A stretch of DNA of 64,000 nucleotides, from contig JBIHZX010000002.1 in assembly GCA_044240195.1 (NCBI GenBank), positions 3,079 to 67,078 of the forward strand. The letters run 5' to 3'. The position numbers and the translations under genes are program-made. The notes below the pieces were generated by a model. It ran no database searches. It saw only the letters and a program-made list of their open reading frames with translations, and was not told where the DNA came from. This document shows, piece after piece, positions 1 to 9,737 of this stretch. The stretch comes from Candidatus Nanopelagicales bacterium. Lineage in GTDB: Bacteria > Actinomycetota > Actinomycetes > S36-B12. How positions within the stretch are numbered: position 1 is the first letter of the stretch; every line of letters begins with the position of its first letter.

Positions 1-2141
1 GCGATCATTGGATTAAGTAGTCCAGCCATGGCAAGCGGAATTGCTGCAACGTTGTAGGCGAAGGCCCAGAACAAGTTCCCTTTGATCGTGCCCAGAGTCT
101 TTCGGGCCAGTTCAATACCTGTTGCCGCACTCGTCAAGTTGCTGTTTGTCAGTGTGATGTCGCTCGCTTCAATGGCAACGTCCGTGCCAGACCCCATAGA
201 CATACCGAGATCTGCTTGAACGAGCGCGGCAGCGTCATTGACGCCATCTCCAACCATTGCAACAACATTTCCCTCGGATTGGAGTTGCATGACGATGTTG
301 ACTTTGTCTGCGGGAAGAACTCCGGCATAGACAGTGTCAATCCCGACCTCCTTGGCAACCTGCTCGGCTGCACTGCGATTATCGCCAGAGATAAGAACCG
401 GGGTCAAGCCAAGTTCTTTAAATCGCGCGATTGCACTTTTGGAGTCTGCCGCGATGGTGTCCGAGACAGAAATGATTCCGCGGACTTCACCATCCCAGGC
501 AACGACCACAACGGTGTGACCTTGGTCTTGCTGTTGCGATACCCAGTTCGAGTCAAAGGTCAATGACCACTCGGTGGCCAGCCAATCAGGGTTGCCGATT
601 ATTGCGGCTTTGTCATCGATGAGTCCTTGCACTCCGCGTCCTTGTGTTGAAATAAAGTCAATAGGAGTGACGAGTTCAACTCTCTCTGCGGAATAGTTTG
701 AAATCGCTTTAGCGATCGGGTGTTCGCTGGAGTGTTCAAGGGATCCAGCAACAATGAGGAATTCGTTGAGATCTACATTGCTAGTAATTTTGATCTCTCG
801 GACCGACATTTTCCCAGTCGTGATGGTTCCGGTTTTATCCAGTGCAATTACGTTGATACGTTTTGTTGATTCGAGAATTTGGGGTCCGCGGATGAGAACA
901 CCTAGCTGGGCGCCCCGGCCGGTTCCCACCAGCAGGGCGGTGGGTGTTGCAAGCCCCAATGCACAAGGGCAGGCGATGATAAGTACCGCGACTGCCGCAG
1001 TGAATGCGAAGTTGGGTTCTTCACCGGCGAGTAGCCAGCCGATCAAGGTGCCAAGGGAGAGAACAATGACGATGGGGACGAAGATGGCGGCAACCCGGTC
1101 AGCTAAGCGTTGAATTGGTGCTTTACCCGCTTGGGCATTTTCTACCAGGCTCGTGATTCTTGCGAGGGCTGTGTCAGCACCGATTGCGGTTGCTTCAATA
1201 ACGAGCCGGCCACTTGCATTTAGTGTTGCTCCGATAACCCTGTCCCCCACTGTTACTTCAATGGGGATTGATTCTCCGGTGATCATGCTCTCGTCAACGG
1301 CACTGGCGCCCTCAACAACTATTCCATCGGTTGCAATTCGTTCTCCGGGTCGGACAACGAATTGATCACCCAACTTCAAGCTACCGATAGGAATTTGACT
1401 TTCGGTCCCGTCCGTAATGACTGTGACGGTTTTGGCACCTAGATTCAATAGCGCTGTTAAGGCTGCGCTGCTTCTTGATTTTGCTCGTGATTCAAAATAG
1501 CGACCGAGCAGAATAAACACGGTGACAGCGGAGGCGACCTCAAGGTAGATCTCACTTGCTCCACTATGACTCGGAAGAAGGGTGAATGGCATTTTCATTC
1601 CGGTTTCACCTGCCCCACCAAAGAATAAGGCGTACAGGGACCAGGCGTAGGCGGCGATTACCCCCATTGAAATGAGAGTGTCCATGGTGGCGGTGCCGTG
1701 CCGAAGGTTGGTCCAGGTTGCGCGGTGAAACGGTAGAGCGCCCCAGATAACAACAGGACTTGCAAGTGTCAGTGAGAGCCACTGCCAGTAATTGAACTGA
1801 AGCGCGGGAATCATTGCCATGAGAACAACAGGAATGGTGAGGATCAAGGAGATTACAAGGCGGTTGCGAAGGACAACTTCAGCAGAGTCTTTGAGTTCCC
1901 CTTGTTCCTCAATATCGCGCTTTAGTTCTTTGGCCGTATATCCGGCGGATTCGACCGCGGCAATTGCATCAGTGATGCTTATCTCTGTTGGTAATTCAAT
2001 TGTTGCGTTTTCGGTTGCGTAGTTCACCGTTGCGATAACACCGGGTAGTTTGTTTAATTTCTTCTCAACCCGCATGGCGCACGTGGCACAGGTCATGCCA
2101 CCAATCGCCAGAACTACCGGAGGTGCTGACTGATTACTCAT
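1..2141 (-). CDS. copA: copper-exporting P-type ATPase; the C-terminus runs off the window edge
   Basis: The minus-strand frame is open from ATG at 2141 to base 3, so it is not in the ORF track. It has an N-terminal HMA domain (GMTCATC), DKTGT at about 820-845, [13 protein letters not shown] at about 943-980 and GDGVND at about 234-260. There is an ATGA overlap with the copZ stop. Confidence 0.9.
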   Translation of the reverse strand, partial: MSNQSAPPVVLAIGGMTCATCAMRVEKKLNKLPGVIATVNYATENATIELPTEISITDAIAAVESAGYTAKELKRDIEEQGELKDSAEVVLRNRLVISLILTIPVVLMAMIPALQFNYWQWLSLTLASPVVIWGALPFHRATWTNLRHGTATMDTLISMGVIAAYAWSLYALFFGGAGETGMKMPFTLLPSHSGASEIYLEVASAVTVFILLGRYFESRAKSRSSAALTALLNLGAKTVTVITDGTESQIPIGSLKLGDQFVVRPGERIATDGIVVEGASAVDESMITGESIPIEVTVGDRVIGATLNASGRLVIEATAIGADTALARITSLVENAQAGKAPIQRLADRVAAIFVPIVIVLSLGTLIGWLLAGEEPNFAFTAAVAVLIIACPCALGLATPTALLVGTGRGAQLGVLIRGPQILESTKRINVIALDKTGTITTGKMSVREIKITSNVDLNEFLIVAGSLEHSSEHPIAKAISNYSAERVELVTPIDFISTQGRGVQGLIDDKAAIIGNPDWLATEWSLTFDSNWVSQQQDQGHTVVVVAWDGEVRGIISVSDTIAADSKSAIARFKELGLTPVLISGDNRSAAEQVAKEVGIDTVYAGVLPADKVNIVMQLQSEGNVVAMVGDGVNDAAALVQADLGMSMGSGTDVAIEASDITLTNSNLTSAATGIELARKTLGTIKGNLFWAFAYNVAAIPLAMAGLLNPMI

Positions 2142-2356
2142 GCGGGGACGATTGAGTAGCCTGCTTCTTCAACAGCTGCCACGATATCCACGTCACTGAT
2201 TTCATTGCCTGCGGTGATTGTCACTTGCGAGATTTCTCCCGCATGTAGGTCGATGTTTACCTCGGTGACGCCGGGGATTTTTGAGATTTCCTCGGTCACA
2301 GCGTTAACACAGTGATCACAGGTCATCCCGTCAACGTTAATTGTTTTACTTGACAT
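2138..2356 (-). CDS. copZ: heavy-metal-associated copper chaperone
   Basis: 72-aa HMA fold with the MTCDHC metal-binding motif, lying between csoR and copA. Confidence 0.85.
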   Translation of the reverse strand: MSSKTINVDGMTCDHCVNAVTEEISKIPGVTEVNIDLHAGEISQVTITAGNEISDVDIVAAVEEAGYSIVPA

Positions 2357-2376
2357 GTAATCTCCTAACAGCTCGG

Positions 2377-2661
2377 TTAACTCTTGACAAGTCGTTCGAT
2401 TGCTTGCTGGGCTTCTTTGATCTTCTGGCTTGCATCTTCGCCGCCTTTGCTCAGCGCGTCAGCGACACAATGTTGAAGGTGATCTCCCATGAGAATGAGG
2501 GCAACGGATTGCAATGCTTTAGTTGCTGCGGAAACCTGGGTAAGGACATCAATGCAGTAGGTGTCTTCTTCGACCATCCGTTCAATGCCACGGACTTGTC
2601 CTTCGATTCGCCTGAGCCGTTTGAGAACGGCAACCTTGTCTTCTGAGTAACCCGGGTCCAT
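2377..2661 (-). CDS. csoR: copper-sensing repressor, CsoR family
   Basis: The ATG at 2661 (MDPGYSE...) gives 94 aa. The CsoR-type Cys/His/Cys pattern is present (YCIDVLTQ and DHLQHC). The track ORF up to 2880 would overlap the upstream gene. Confidence 0.85.
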   Translation of the reverse strand: MDPGYSEDKVAVLKRLRRIEGQVRGIERMVEEDTYCIDVLTQVSAATKALQSVALILMGDHLQHCVADALSKGGEDASQKIKEAQQAIERLVKS

Positions 2662-2670
2662 AGGTTGAGT

Positions 2671-2687
2671 ATACCCCAGGGGGGTAT
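2671..2687. promoter_or_regulatory. probable CsoR operator, inverted repeat ATACCCC-agg-GGGGTAT
   Basis: Perfect 7-bp arms sit 10 nt upstream of the csoR ATG. GC-tract palindromes of the ATACCC...GGGTAT type are the known CsoR operator class in Actinobacteria and Firmicutes. Confidence 0.6.
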
Positions 2688-2689
2688 TA

Positions 2690-4222
2690 CTACTCGCAGG
2701 TGGTTGTGGTGCCCGGGGAGATCGTTCCTTCAAGTAAATAGGCGTCGACATGATCAGAAACGCAGTCGTTGCCTTCACGGTAGGCGGTGTGGTTGTAACC
2801 ACCCTTCCACACGACAAGTTCAGCGTTACCCAGTTTTGTTGCCACTTCCTCTGCCCATTGGAGCGGGGTCGCTGGGTCATTTTCGGTGCCGATCAACATG
2901 ATGGGTGTCGAGGTGTTGGCGACAATGTCGACTCTTTGCTGGGTCGCGTAGGGCCAGTCTTTACAGGCGAGGGCACCCCAGCCCAGACTCGCACCGAAAG
3001 TTGGTGCACTGATCGCCAATTGGTTTGCGAAATCACGTACCTCATCAATGTTTTGGGTAACGGGGTAATCAAGACAGGAAACCGCGTAGAAGGCATCGGT
3101 TGAGTTATCGGTATAGCGGCCATCAGGTCCACGACTAATTCGCTGGTCTAGAAGATTTAATAGTGGGTCTGGGTCACCTTGGGTCATCGCTGAAGTTAAC
3201 CCAGAGCGTAAATCGGGAAAATCAAATTCTGGGAAATACAGGTAACTCACAATCGCAAAGGTTGCCAAACTCTGTGTGAGTTCGCGTTGGTTATCCCCCA
3301 TCAAAGGTTGGGAATCAAGGTCTGCAAGAAACTGTTGGATTTGCTGAACCCCCTGATCAACACTTCCCGTGAGCGGGCAGTCACTTTGCTCACGACAGTC
3401 ACTCACGAAGTAGCGCAACAGAACTTCAAATTCCTGCGCTTGCGCCTGGGTTAACTCCAATTGATTCAAATAAGTGGGCAGCACGCCGTCGAGGACCATT
3501 CGGCCAACTCGATCGGGGAACAAAGAAATATAGGTGGTTCCAATCGCTGATCCATAACTCTTCCCCAGTAAGTTCATTACGGGGTCACCAACAAGTGCTC
3601 GTGCAATGTCCATGTCTTTTGCAACTTCAACGGTAGACATGTGGGCAATCAGCGGGTTGTTTTTGTTCTTGCACGCCGCCCCGATAAAGCCGGCGTCAAG
3701 AATGAGGCGACTTTCTTCCAGCTCTGAATCCGGTGATCCATCGGCAGCCATCTGTGCATCAATCTGTTCATCGGTTAAGCAGCGAATTGTGTCGCTTTGA
3801 CCAACCCCGCGCGGATCAACTCCCACAACATCAAATGATTCACGGATTTGATCGCTGACAATGAAATCGGCAGCTTTGGCGTATTCAAATGCACTGCCGC
3901 CGGGGCCACCCGGATTGACAAAGAGTGAACCAATTGATTCCCCTCGGGCCCGCACCTTGGTCATGGCAAGTTCAACCCGATCACCTTTGGGGTCTTGGTA
4001 ATCCAGGGGCACCTCAAATGTCGTGCAGTCAGCATCACCGCAATCACGCCATTCGATTTCCTGGTTGTAAAAGACCTCAAGATCAGGCGCTAGTGAAGAA
4101 GTAGCTTGGGATTCCGGGGCGCTGGGAGCCGACACATTTGCTCCCCCGCAACCGGTAATTAGTGCGGCAGTCAAGGCACCCAGAGCAATTGCACGGATAC
4201 CGACTGGCATTGGTCGGGTCAT
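2690..4222 (-). CDS. secreted alpha/beta hydrolase lipoprotein, tripeptidyl-aminopeptidase (S33, TAP-like) family
   Basis: Signal peptide with lipobox LITGC, nucleophile elbow GKSYGS, and a TAP-like C-terminal region. The start is uncertain (TTG 4252, ATG 4222 or ATG 4210). Confidence 0.8.
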   Translation of the reverse strand: MTRPMPVGIRAIALGALTAALITGCGGANVSAPSAPESQATSSLAPDLEVFYNQEIEWRDCGDADCTTFEVPLDYQDPKGDRVELAMTKVRARGESIGSLFVNPGGPGGSAFEYAKAADFIVSDQIRESFDVVGVDPRGVGQSDTIRCLTDEQIDAQMAADGSPDSELEESRLILDAGFIGAACKNKNNPLIAHMSTVEVAKDMDIARALVGDPVMNLLGKSYGSAIGTTYISLFPDRVGRMVLDGVLPTYLNQLELTQAQAQEFEVLLRYFVSDCREQSDCPLTGSVDQGVQQIQQFLADLDSQPLMGDNQRELTQSLATFAIVSYLYFPEFDFPDLRSGLTSAMTQGDPDPLLNLLDQRISRGPDGRYTDNSTDAFYAVSCLDYPVTQNIDEVRDFANQLAISAPTFGASLGWGALACKDWPYATQQRVDIVANTSTPIMLIGTENDPATPLQWAEEVATKLGNAELVVWKGGYNHTAYREGNDCVSDHVDAYLLEGTISPGTTTTCE

Positions 4223-4240
4223 GCGGCTTACGGTATATCG

Positions 4241-5026
4241 GTGAGCCGACAACCACGCACACCGGCAGAGATCTCAGCAATGGTCGAAGCCGGGATTGCC
4301 AAGGGGTTAAATGTGATTGACGCATTTACCGCTGCCACCGGTAATCGAACGTTGAATCGTGCGTATAAATCAGAATTAGCTACCGCAAATAAAGCCCGTC
4401 GCAGATACCAGGCTCGTTTAGATTCCCTTCGTTTCGGGGCCATTGCGGGTGCTGGCGTTGCACTCGCAAGTGGCACCCTGGCGGTTGTCAACGGTGCTCC
4501 AGGACTGTGGGTTCTTAGTGCTGGCGCGGCACTTCTCTCTGTGATCAGTATCCGTCGTTGGCGACGATTGGGCACTCGCCCGGAAGCACGCAACCTGGTT
4601 CCACCCGCGACACCGTTACCTCGTGGAGCTACCGGTCGTGATTGCGTTAAACGTTACCTCACTGTTCGAACCCAAGTTGTAAACGTGAGCGCCAGTGTTT
4701 CTGTTTTACACGGTGATGCCGGCCGCGAAATGCTCCATGCAGACGCCGAGGCCGCCGTTGCACTCAATGCACTCTGTGATCGACTTTTGGTTTTGCATCA
4801 GTTGAGTTCCTCACTTCCGGGAACGGCAGCGGCCACCAGCGCGAATAACGCTGCGGTGATCGTTGCCTCGCGACTGGAATTAGGTTGCGACAGTTACGAC
4901 AATTTGCTGTCAGCCGCGGCTGAATTTCTCGCTTCGCCCGACATTGGTGGAACCGTCAACTTGCAGCCTGCTGCTAACTCACTCATTGCATATTCGTATG
5001 GACTGATGCGAGCTTCGGATCTTTGA
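4241..5026 (+). CDS. hypothetical membrane protein with two predicted TM helices
   Basis: 261-aa ORF with two hydrophobic helices followed by RRWRRL. The antisense ORF 4228..4593 is Arg/Ala-rich shadow-like. I recognised no family. The start could instead be ATG 4280. Confidence 0.5.
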   Translation: MSRQPRTPAEISAMVEAGIAKGLNVIDAFTAATGNRTLNRAYKSELATANKARRRYQARLDSLRFGAIAGAGVALASGTLAVVNGAPGLWVLSAGAALLSVISIRRWRRLGTRPEARNLVPPATPLPRGATGRDCVKRYLTVRTQVVNVSASVSVLHGDAGREMLHADAEAAVALNALCDRLLVLHQLSSSLPGTAAATSANNAAVIVASRLELGCDSYDNLLSAAAEFLASPDIGGTVNLQPAANSLIAYSYGLMRASDL

Positions 5027-6188
5027 TCGAAACCATCAATGCCTCAAGTGCTAGTTGTGGTGGTGTGTTTGCCTTAATTGTTGCTCGTGCGCGTTCAATG
5101 GCTTCCAGAGTTCGTGTGGTGTCAGCGGGATTGCCGCGAGCGGCAAATGACTCGATGTTTGGCCGCATCTCTTGATTAATGAGTTCAAGGTTGCTATCAA
5201 GTTGAATAATCAGAATGTCGCGGAATAGTCCTAGTAGGTCAACGAGGGACCTGTCCACTTCGTCACGGACCATACGCTTACGTCTTGTTTTTTGGTGGTT
5301 AAGAAGTTGCTTTTTTGCAGAATCAACACTGCGCTTAGAAGTTCCGGTGACCCGAGTTCCCTCTTCAATACCAAATGCAGCCCGGAGTAGCGCATCTTCT
5401 TTGGTATCGAGTTCGTCAGCTCGAGTGTTCGCGGCAGTTGTCGCTTCGGTGACCATGTCACGGGCTGCATAAATACATGAGGGGATGTCACGAAGACTCA
5501 TCGCTGCACGCAAATCAGATTGCCTTCTGGTTCGACTTGCTTCCTCGGTAGCCAATCCACGTGCCCGACCAATGTGACCTTGAGATGCTCGTGCGGCAAA
5601 TGCCGCCATGGCTGGATCAACTTTGTAGGTCTGGATTAGGAGTTCGGTTACGTCCTTGGTCGTTGGCGTTCGCAACGATACGTGTCTCGTTCGAGAGACG
5701 ATTGTTGGTAGAACGTCTTCGACACTGGGGGCGCACAGCACCCACACGGTATGCGGGGTTGGCTCTTCCAGACTTTTCAGCAGTGAATCAAATGCTTGGT
5801 CGGTAAGGCGATCAGCGTCTTCCATGACAATTACCCGCCAAGGGCTGTCAATGGGGGCAAGGGATGACAGTCGAACTAGTTCGCGGGCCTCGTCGACACC
5901 ATAGGACAAGCCACTGGGAGTAATGATTTCGACATCAGGGTGACCACCAACAGGAGCCATTCGGCAGATCTGGCAGGTACCGCAACCATTAAGTGGGCAG
6001 ATGAGTGCAGCAGCAAATGTTGTTGCCGCAGTCGACCTTCCCGAACCAGGCGGCCCGGTGATTAACCATGCGTGCGTCATGGCCGGACCGGGTTCACCAA
6101 CTCGAATTTTCTCGGCGTCATTAACCGCGCGGCTCAGTTTTTCAACTACGTCACTCTGACCAACCAATGCACCCCAAATCGGTTGCAC
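4983..6188 (-). CDS. holB: DNA polymerase III delta-prime subunit
   Basis: AAA+ P-loop GPPGSGRS and a Cys cluster CPLNGCGTCQIC. It sits immediately downstream of tmk, which is the usual order. Confidence 0.85.
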   Translation of the reverse strand: MQPIWGALVGQSDVVEKLSRAVNDAEKIRVGEPGPAMTHAWLITGPPGSGRSTAATTFAAALICPLNGCGTCQICRMAPVGGHPDVEIITPSGLSYGVDEARELVRLSSLAPIDSPWRVIVMEDADRLTDQAFDSLLKSLEEPTPHTVWVLCAPSVEDVLPTIVSRTRHVSLRTPTTKDVTELLIQTYKVDPAMAAFAARASQGHIGRARGLATEEASRTRRQSDLRAAMSLRDIPSCIYAARDMVTEATTAANTRADELDTKEDALLRAAFGIEEGTRVTGTSKRSVDSAKKQLLNHQKTRRKRMVRDEVDRSLVDLLGLFRDILIIQLDSNLELINQEMRPNIESFAARGNPADTTRTLEAIERARATIKANTPPQLALEALMVSIKDPKLASVHTNMQ

Positions 6189-6190
6189 TT

Positions 6191-6802
6191 CTATTTCAAT
6201 TCCTGCATTACTCGCTGGCGAATAACCTCAGCGATTTCTTCCTTCGTTCCGGTTGCATCAACAACGAGGTAACGATCTGGATCCAGCGAAGAGATTTCGA
6301 TGAATGCGGCGGCCACATCACGGTGGTACTGCATCGGTTCTGCTTCCATGCGATCAGGATTAATGACCCGCTTCATGCTGACTTCAGGGTCAAGGGTTAA
6401 CACGATGGTGAGGTTGGGAAGTAGTCCCCCGGTTGCCCACATGCTCAATTCCCGGACTCGATCAGGACCGAGAGCGCGCGCGTATCCCTGGTAGGCAATC
6501 GACGAGTCGATAAAACGGTCACAAATAATTACGTCACCTCGGGCAATAGCTGGCCGGATTACCCGAGCGACGTGGTCGCCACGTGCGGCTGCAAAAAGTA
6601 GCGCCTCACTCGCAGGATTCATGCCCTCATGTTCACGGCTGAGAACCGTGTCACGAATTTGTTCGGCTGCTGAAGTCCCACCCGGTTCACGAGTCCGGAT
6701 TACCGTCTTTCCAATTTCAGTTAGGTAATCTGCCAAGAGGGCTTCTTGGGTGGACTTGCCAACACCCTCACCACCCTCAAATGCAATGAAATATCCGGTC
6801 AT
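6191..6802 (-). CDS. tmk: thymidylate kinase
   Basis: FIAFEGGEGVGKST P-loop, DRF motif, 203 aa. Confidence 0.9.
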   Translation of the reverse strand: MTGYFIAFEGGEGVGKSTQEALLADYLTEIGKTVIRTREPGGTSAAEQIRDTVLSREHEGMNPASEALLFAAARGDHVARVIRPAIARGDVIICDRFIDSSIAYQGYARALGPDRVRELSMWATGGLLPNLTIVLTLDPEVSMKRVINPDRMEAEPMQYHRDVAAAFIEISSLDPDRYLVVDATGTKEEIAEVIRQRVMQELK

Positions 6803-6810
6803 AGTGGTTC

Positions 6811-9516
6811 CTAGATGGTGACTTCTTGGCCGGACATTACGTCGGCTGCTGTCGGCTCAGCTTTTTTCGCTACGGCTTTTTTGACCGCTTTCTTTGCCGT
6901 CTTCTTAGCAACTTTCTTCGCGGCCTTCTTGGCTGGTGCCCGCTTGGCAACTTTCTTGGGTGCAGGTCCTTTTGCCCGACGCTCGGCAATCAGATCACTT
7001 GCCCGATCAAGGCCGACACTCATAGGGTCATCGGCAACCCGCAGGGTTGCATTGATTTCACCGTCGGTGACGTAAGCGCCAAATCGCCCTTCTTTGACAA
7101 CAATCAACTTGCCGCTGGACGGGTCAATACCAATTTCCCGTAGTGGTCCGGCCGCTTGACCTCTGCCGCGTCGCACCTTCGGTTGGGAATACAACTGGAG
7201 TGCTTCAGCGAGGGTTACTTCAAAGATTCGATCCTCGTTGTCCAATGATCGAGAGTCTTTACCCTTCATGAGATAGGGACCGTAACGACCATTTTGGGAG
7301 GTGATTTCCTCAGCTGACTCAGGGTCGATACCAACAACTCGTGGCAGGCTCAAAAGTGAAATTGCTTGCTCAAGTGATACATCACTTGGCTTCATGTAAC
7401 TAAACAGTGATGCGGTGCGTGGCTTGGCTGATTTAGGTGAGCCCTCGGGAAGGTTCTCCGTTACGTAGGGTCCGTAACGGCCGGATTTTGCCACGATCAT
7501 GAGTTCGGTATCAGGGTGAAGGCCCAGTTCCCGATCCCCGGAAGGCTCAAGGAGTAACTCTTCGGCCAACTCAGCGGTGAGTTCATCGGGTGCCGTGCTC
7601 AGAGGAATGTTTGCACGTTCTTCACCACGCTCGACATATGCACCGTAACGGCCCACGCGAAGAACTGCGTCAGTTCCCCTGATGGGCATGGTTGCAATTC
7701 CGCGAGCGTCAATTGCTCCAAGATCTTCGGTGAGTGCTTTCACACCGTGGAAATGGCCCGTTGACATTTCCCCACCACGCCAAAATGCATCGAGTTGCTT
7801 GATGCGATTGGTTTTACCCATCGCGATTTCGTCGAGGGCTTCCTCCATGTTGGCGGTGAACTTGTAGTCAACCAATTCACCGAAGTGTTCTTCCAGGAGT
7901 CGGACAACTGCGAGAGCCGTGAAGCTGGGGACCAGTGCTGATCCTTTTTTCCGCACGTATCCGCGGTCAACAATTGTTGACATGATGGATGCATACGTTG
8001 ATGGGCGGCCAATACCAAGTTCTTCGAGCTTGCCCACCAAGGTTGCTTCGGTGAATCGTGCCGGTGGCTTAGTTGTGTGACCCTCAGCCGTGATTTCCTT
8101 CGCGTTGAGTTTTTGTCCTTCACTCAATGCGGGGAGTTGGCGGTCTTCTTCTTTGTCGTCCTCGGAGACGAGCTCGTCAAGGGCGGCCTTGAAGCCGGCA
8201 AAAATAACGACAGTTCCGCTTGCACTAAATTCAGCGTCTTTCCCATTTGCTGCTTGAGCACCAAATTTGATTGTGGTGGTGGCAACCTGCGCATTCACCA
8301 TCTGGCTGGCCACGGTGCGCTTCCAGATAAGTTCATAGAGTAAGAATTCGTCTCCCGAGAGTTCCTTGCTCACTTCACCGGGAGTGCGGAAAGTGTCACC
8401 GGCCGGACGAATTGCTTCATGGGCCTCTTGGGCATTTTTTGACTTGTTAGCCCACACACGCGGAGTCGCTTCAACGTACTCGGGTCCATACAACTCGGCA
8501 GCTTGTTTGCGCGCAGCATTTAATGCTTGAGCGGAAAGGTTGACCGAGTCTGTACGCATATAGGTGATGTAGCCATTTTCATAGAGTCCCTGGGCAACTC
8601 GCATTGTGCGCTGTGAACCCCAACGGAATCGACCTGACGCTTCCTGCTGAATTGTTGAAGTTGTGAATGGTGCCTTTGGCTTGCGTTGTCCTGGCTTTTG
8701 CTCAACGGAGCGAACCGTGTATTCAATACCGGTGAGGGATTCAACGAATGCTTTCGATTCGCTTTCATTAAGAAGCACGGCATCGGTTTTAACTAATTCG
8801 CCCAACTGATTGAAATCAGCACCCGATGCGATTCGCTTGCCATCAATTGATGCGAGCTTGGCTTCGAAATCCCCGGGAGTGAACTTGCCTTTGATATCCC
8901 AGTAGCCGGCAGCGTTGAAAGCCATCCGAATTCGTTCTCGCTCAACAACAAGGCGCACCGCAACGGATTGAACGCGTCCAGCAGAGCGGGCTTCTCGCCC
9001 AATCTTTTTCCAGAGCACCTCAGAGACGGGGTAACCGTAGAGACGGTCAACGATTCTGCGCGTCTCCTGCGCTTCCACCAGATCCATGTCAACGTCGCGG
9101 GTATTGGTAACCGCCTCTTGGATTGCTTCCTTGGTGATCTCGTTGAAGACCATGCGCTTGACGGGCACCTTGGGCTGAAGGACTTCCATGAGGTGCCAGG
9201 AGATTGCTTCGCCCTCGCGGTCCTCGTCCGTTGCTAGTAGGAGTTCATCAGAATTCTTCAGGGCAGCCTTCAGCGCTTTGATCGTTGCTTTTTTGGATTC
9301 ATGAACGATATAGAAAGCCTTGTAACCGTCATCGACGTCAACGGCCAGCTTTGCCCACGGCTTCTTGCGCTCCTCGAGCGGAAGGTCAGATTTTTTGGCA
9401 ACGAGGTCGCGAATATGGCCAACTGATGCAAGAACCTCGTAATTGGGTCCAAGATAGCCGGCAATTTTCTTCGCTTTGGCCGGTGATTCAACAATCACCA
9501 GTGTCTTGCTCGCCAT
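6811..9516 (-). CDS. topA: DNA topoisomerase I (actinobacterial type with Lys-rich tail, no Zn fingers)
   Basis: Toprim LVIVESPAKAKKI, active-site region YITYMRTDS, and a C-terminal AKK repeat tail. ATG at 9516 is preceded by AAAGGA. The track ORF start at 9597 is an upstream extension. Confidence 0.95.
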   Translation of the reverse strand: MASKTLVIVESPAKAKKIAGYLGPNYEVLASVGHIRDLVAKKSDLPLEERKKPWAKLAVDVDDGYKAFYIVHESKKATIKALKAALKNSDELLLATDEDREGEAISWHLMEVLQPKVPVKRMVFNEITKEAIQEAVTNTRDVDMDLVEAQETRRIVDRLYGYPVSEVLWKKIGREARSAGRVQSVAVRLVVERERIRMAFNAAGYWDIKGKFTPGDFEAKLASIDGKRIASGADFNQLGELVKTDAVLLNESESKAFVESLTGIEYTVRSVEQKPGQRKPKAPFTTSTIQQEASGRFRWGSQRTMRVAQGLYENGYITYMRTDSVNLSAQALNAARKQAAELYGPEYVEATPRVWANKSKNAQEAHEAIRPAGDTFRTPGEVSKELSGDEFLLYELIWKRTVASQMVNAQVATTTIKFGAQAANGKDAEFSASGTVVIFAGFKAALDELVSEDDKEEDRQLPALSEGQKLNAKEITAEGHTTKPPARFTEATLVGKLEELGIGRPSTYASIMSTIVDRGYVRKKGSALVPSFTALAVVRLLEEHFGELVDYKFTANMEEALDEIAMGKTNRIKQLDAFWRGGEMSTGHFHGVKALTEDLGAIDARGIATMPIRGTDAVLRVGRYGAYVERGEERANIPLSTAPDELTAELAEELLLEPSGDRELGLHPDTELMIVAKSGRYGPYVTENLPEGSPKSAKPRTASLFSYMKPSDVSLEQAISLLSLPRVVGIDPESAEEITSQNGRYGPYLMKGKDSRSLDNEDRIFEVTLAEALQLYSQPKVRRGRGQAAGPLREIGIDPSSGKLIVVKEGRFGAYVTDGEINATLRVADDPMSVGLDRASDLIAERRAKGPAPKKVAKRAPAKKAAKKVAKKTAKKAVKKAVAKKAEPTAADVMSGQEVTI

Positions 9517-9576
9517 GTGATCCTTTCGGGTCCGGGGCCTAAATTCCCCTTCGATCGAAACCTGACGGTAGGACAC

Positions 9577-9590
9577 ACCTATATATAGGT
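9577..9590. repeat. perfect 14-bp palindrome acctatatataggt in the topA upstream region
   Basis: Read directly from the sequence. It lies 61-74 nt upstream of the topA ATG. Confidence 0.9.
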
Positions 9591-9675
9591 ATCGCACCGC
9601 CCCCTGAATTGGGTCCCATCACCCCCCTAGTTCATGGGGCAAAAGCTTGTTTTACCCGAGCGAAACGCTCTTTTC

Positions 9676-9718
9676 ACGGGAAAAGCGAAGAGGGCCGGGC
9701 ACCTGGCCCGACCCTCTC
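9676..9718 (-). terminator. probable intrinsic terminator of hppA
   Basis: Hairpin of agagggccggg (9689-9699) with cccgaccctct (9707-9717), one mismatch. It lies 20 nt after the hppA stop and is followed on the minus strand by tcgcttttcc. Confidence 0.45.
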
Positions 9719-9737
9719 GCTTATTGATGAACAGGTA

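Noticed and set aside
2662-2880. Long N-terminal extensions in track ORFs: csoR to 2880, topA to 9597, ssd to 19749, tlpA-like to 31826, ask to 45741 and parA to 61066
   Set aside because: The extensions overlap neighbouring genes, are Arg/Pro/Ser-rich, and precede internal starts with good Shine-Dalgarno sequences and canonical family N-termini.
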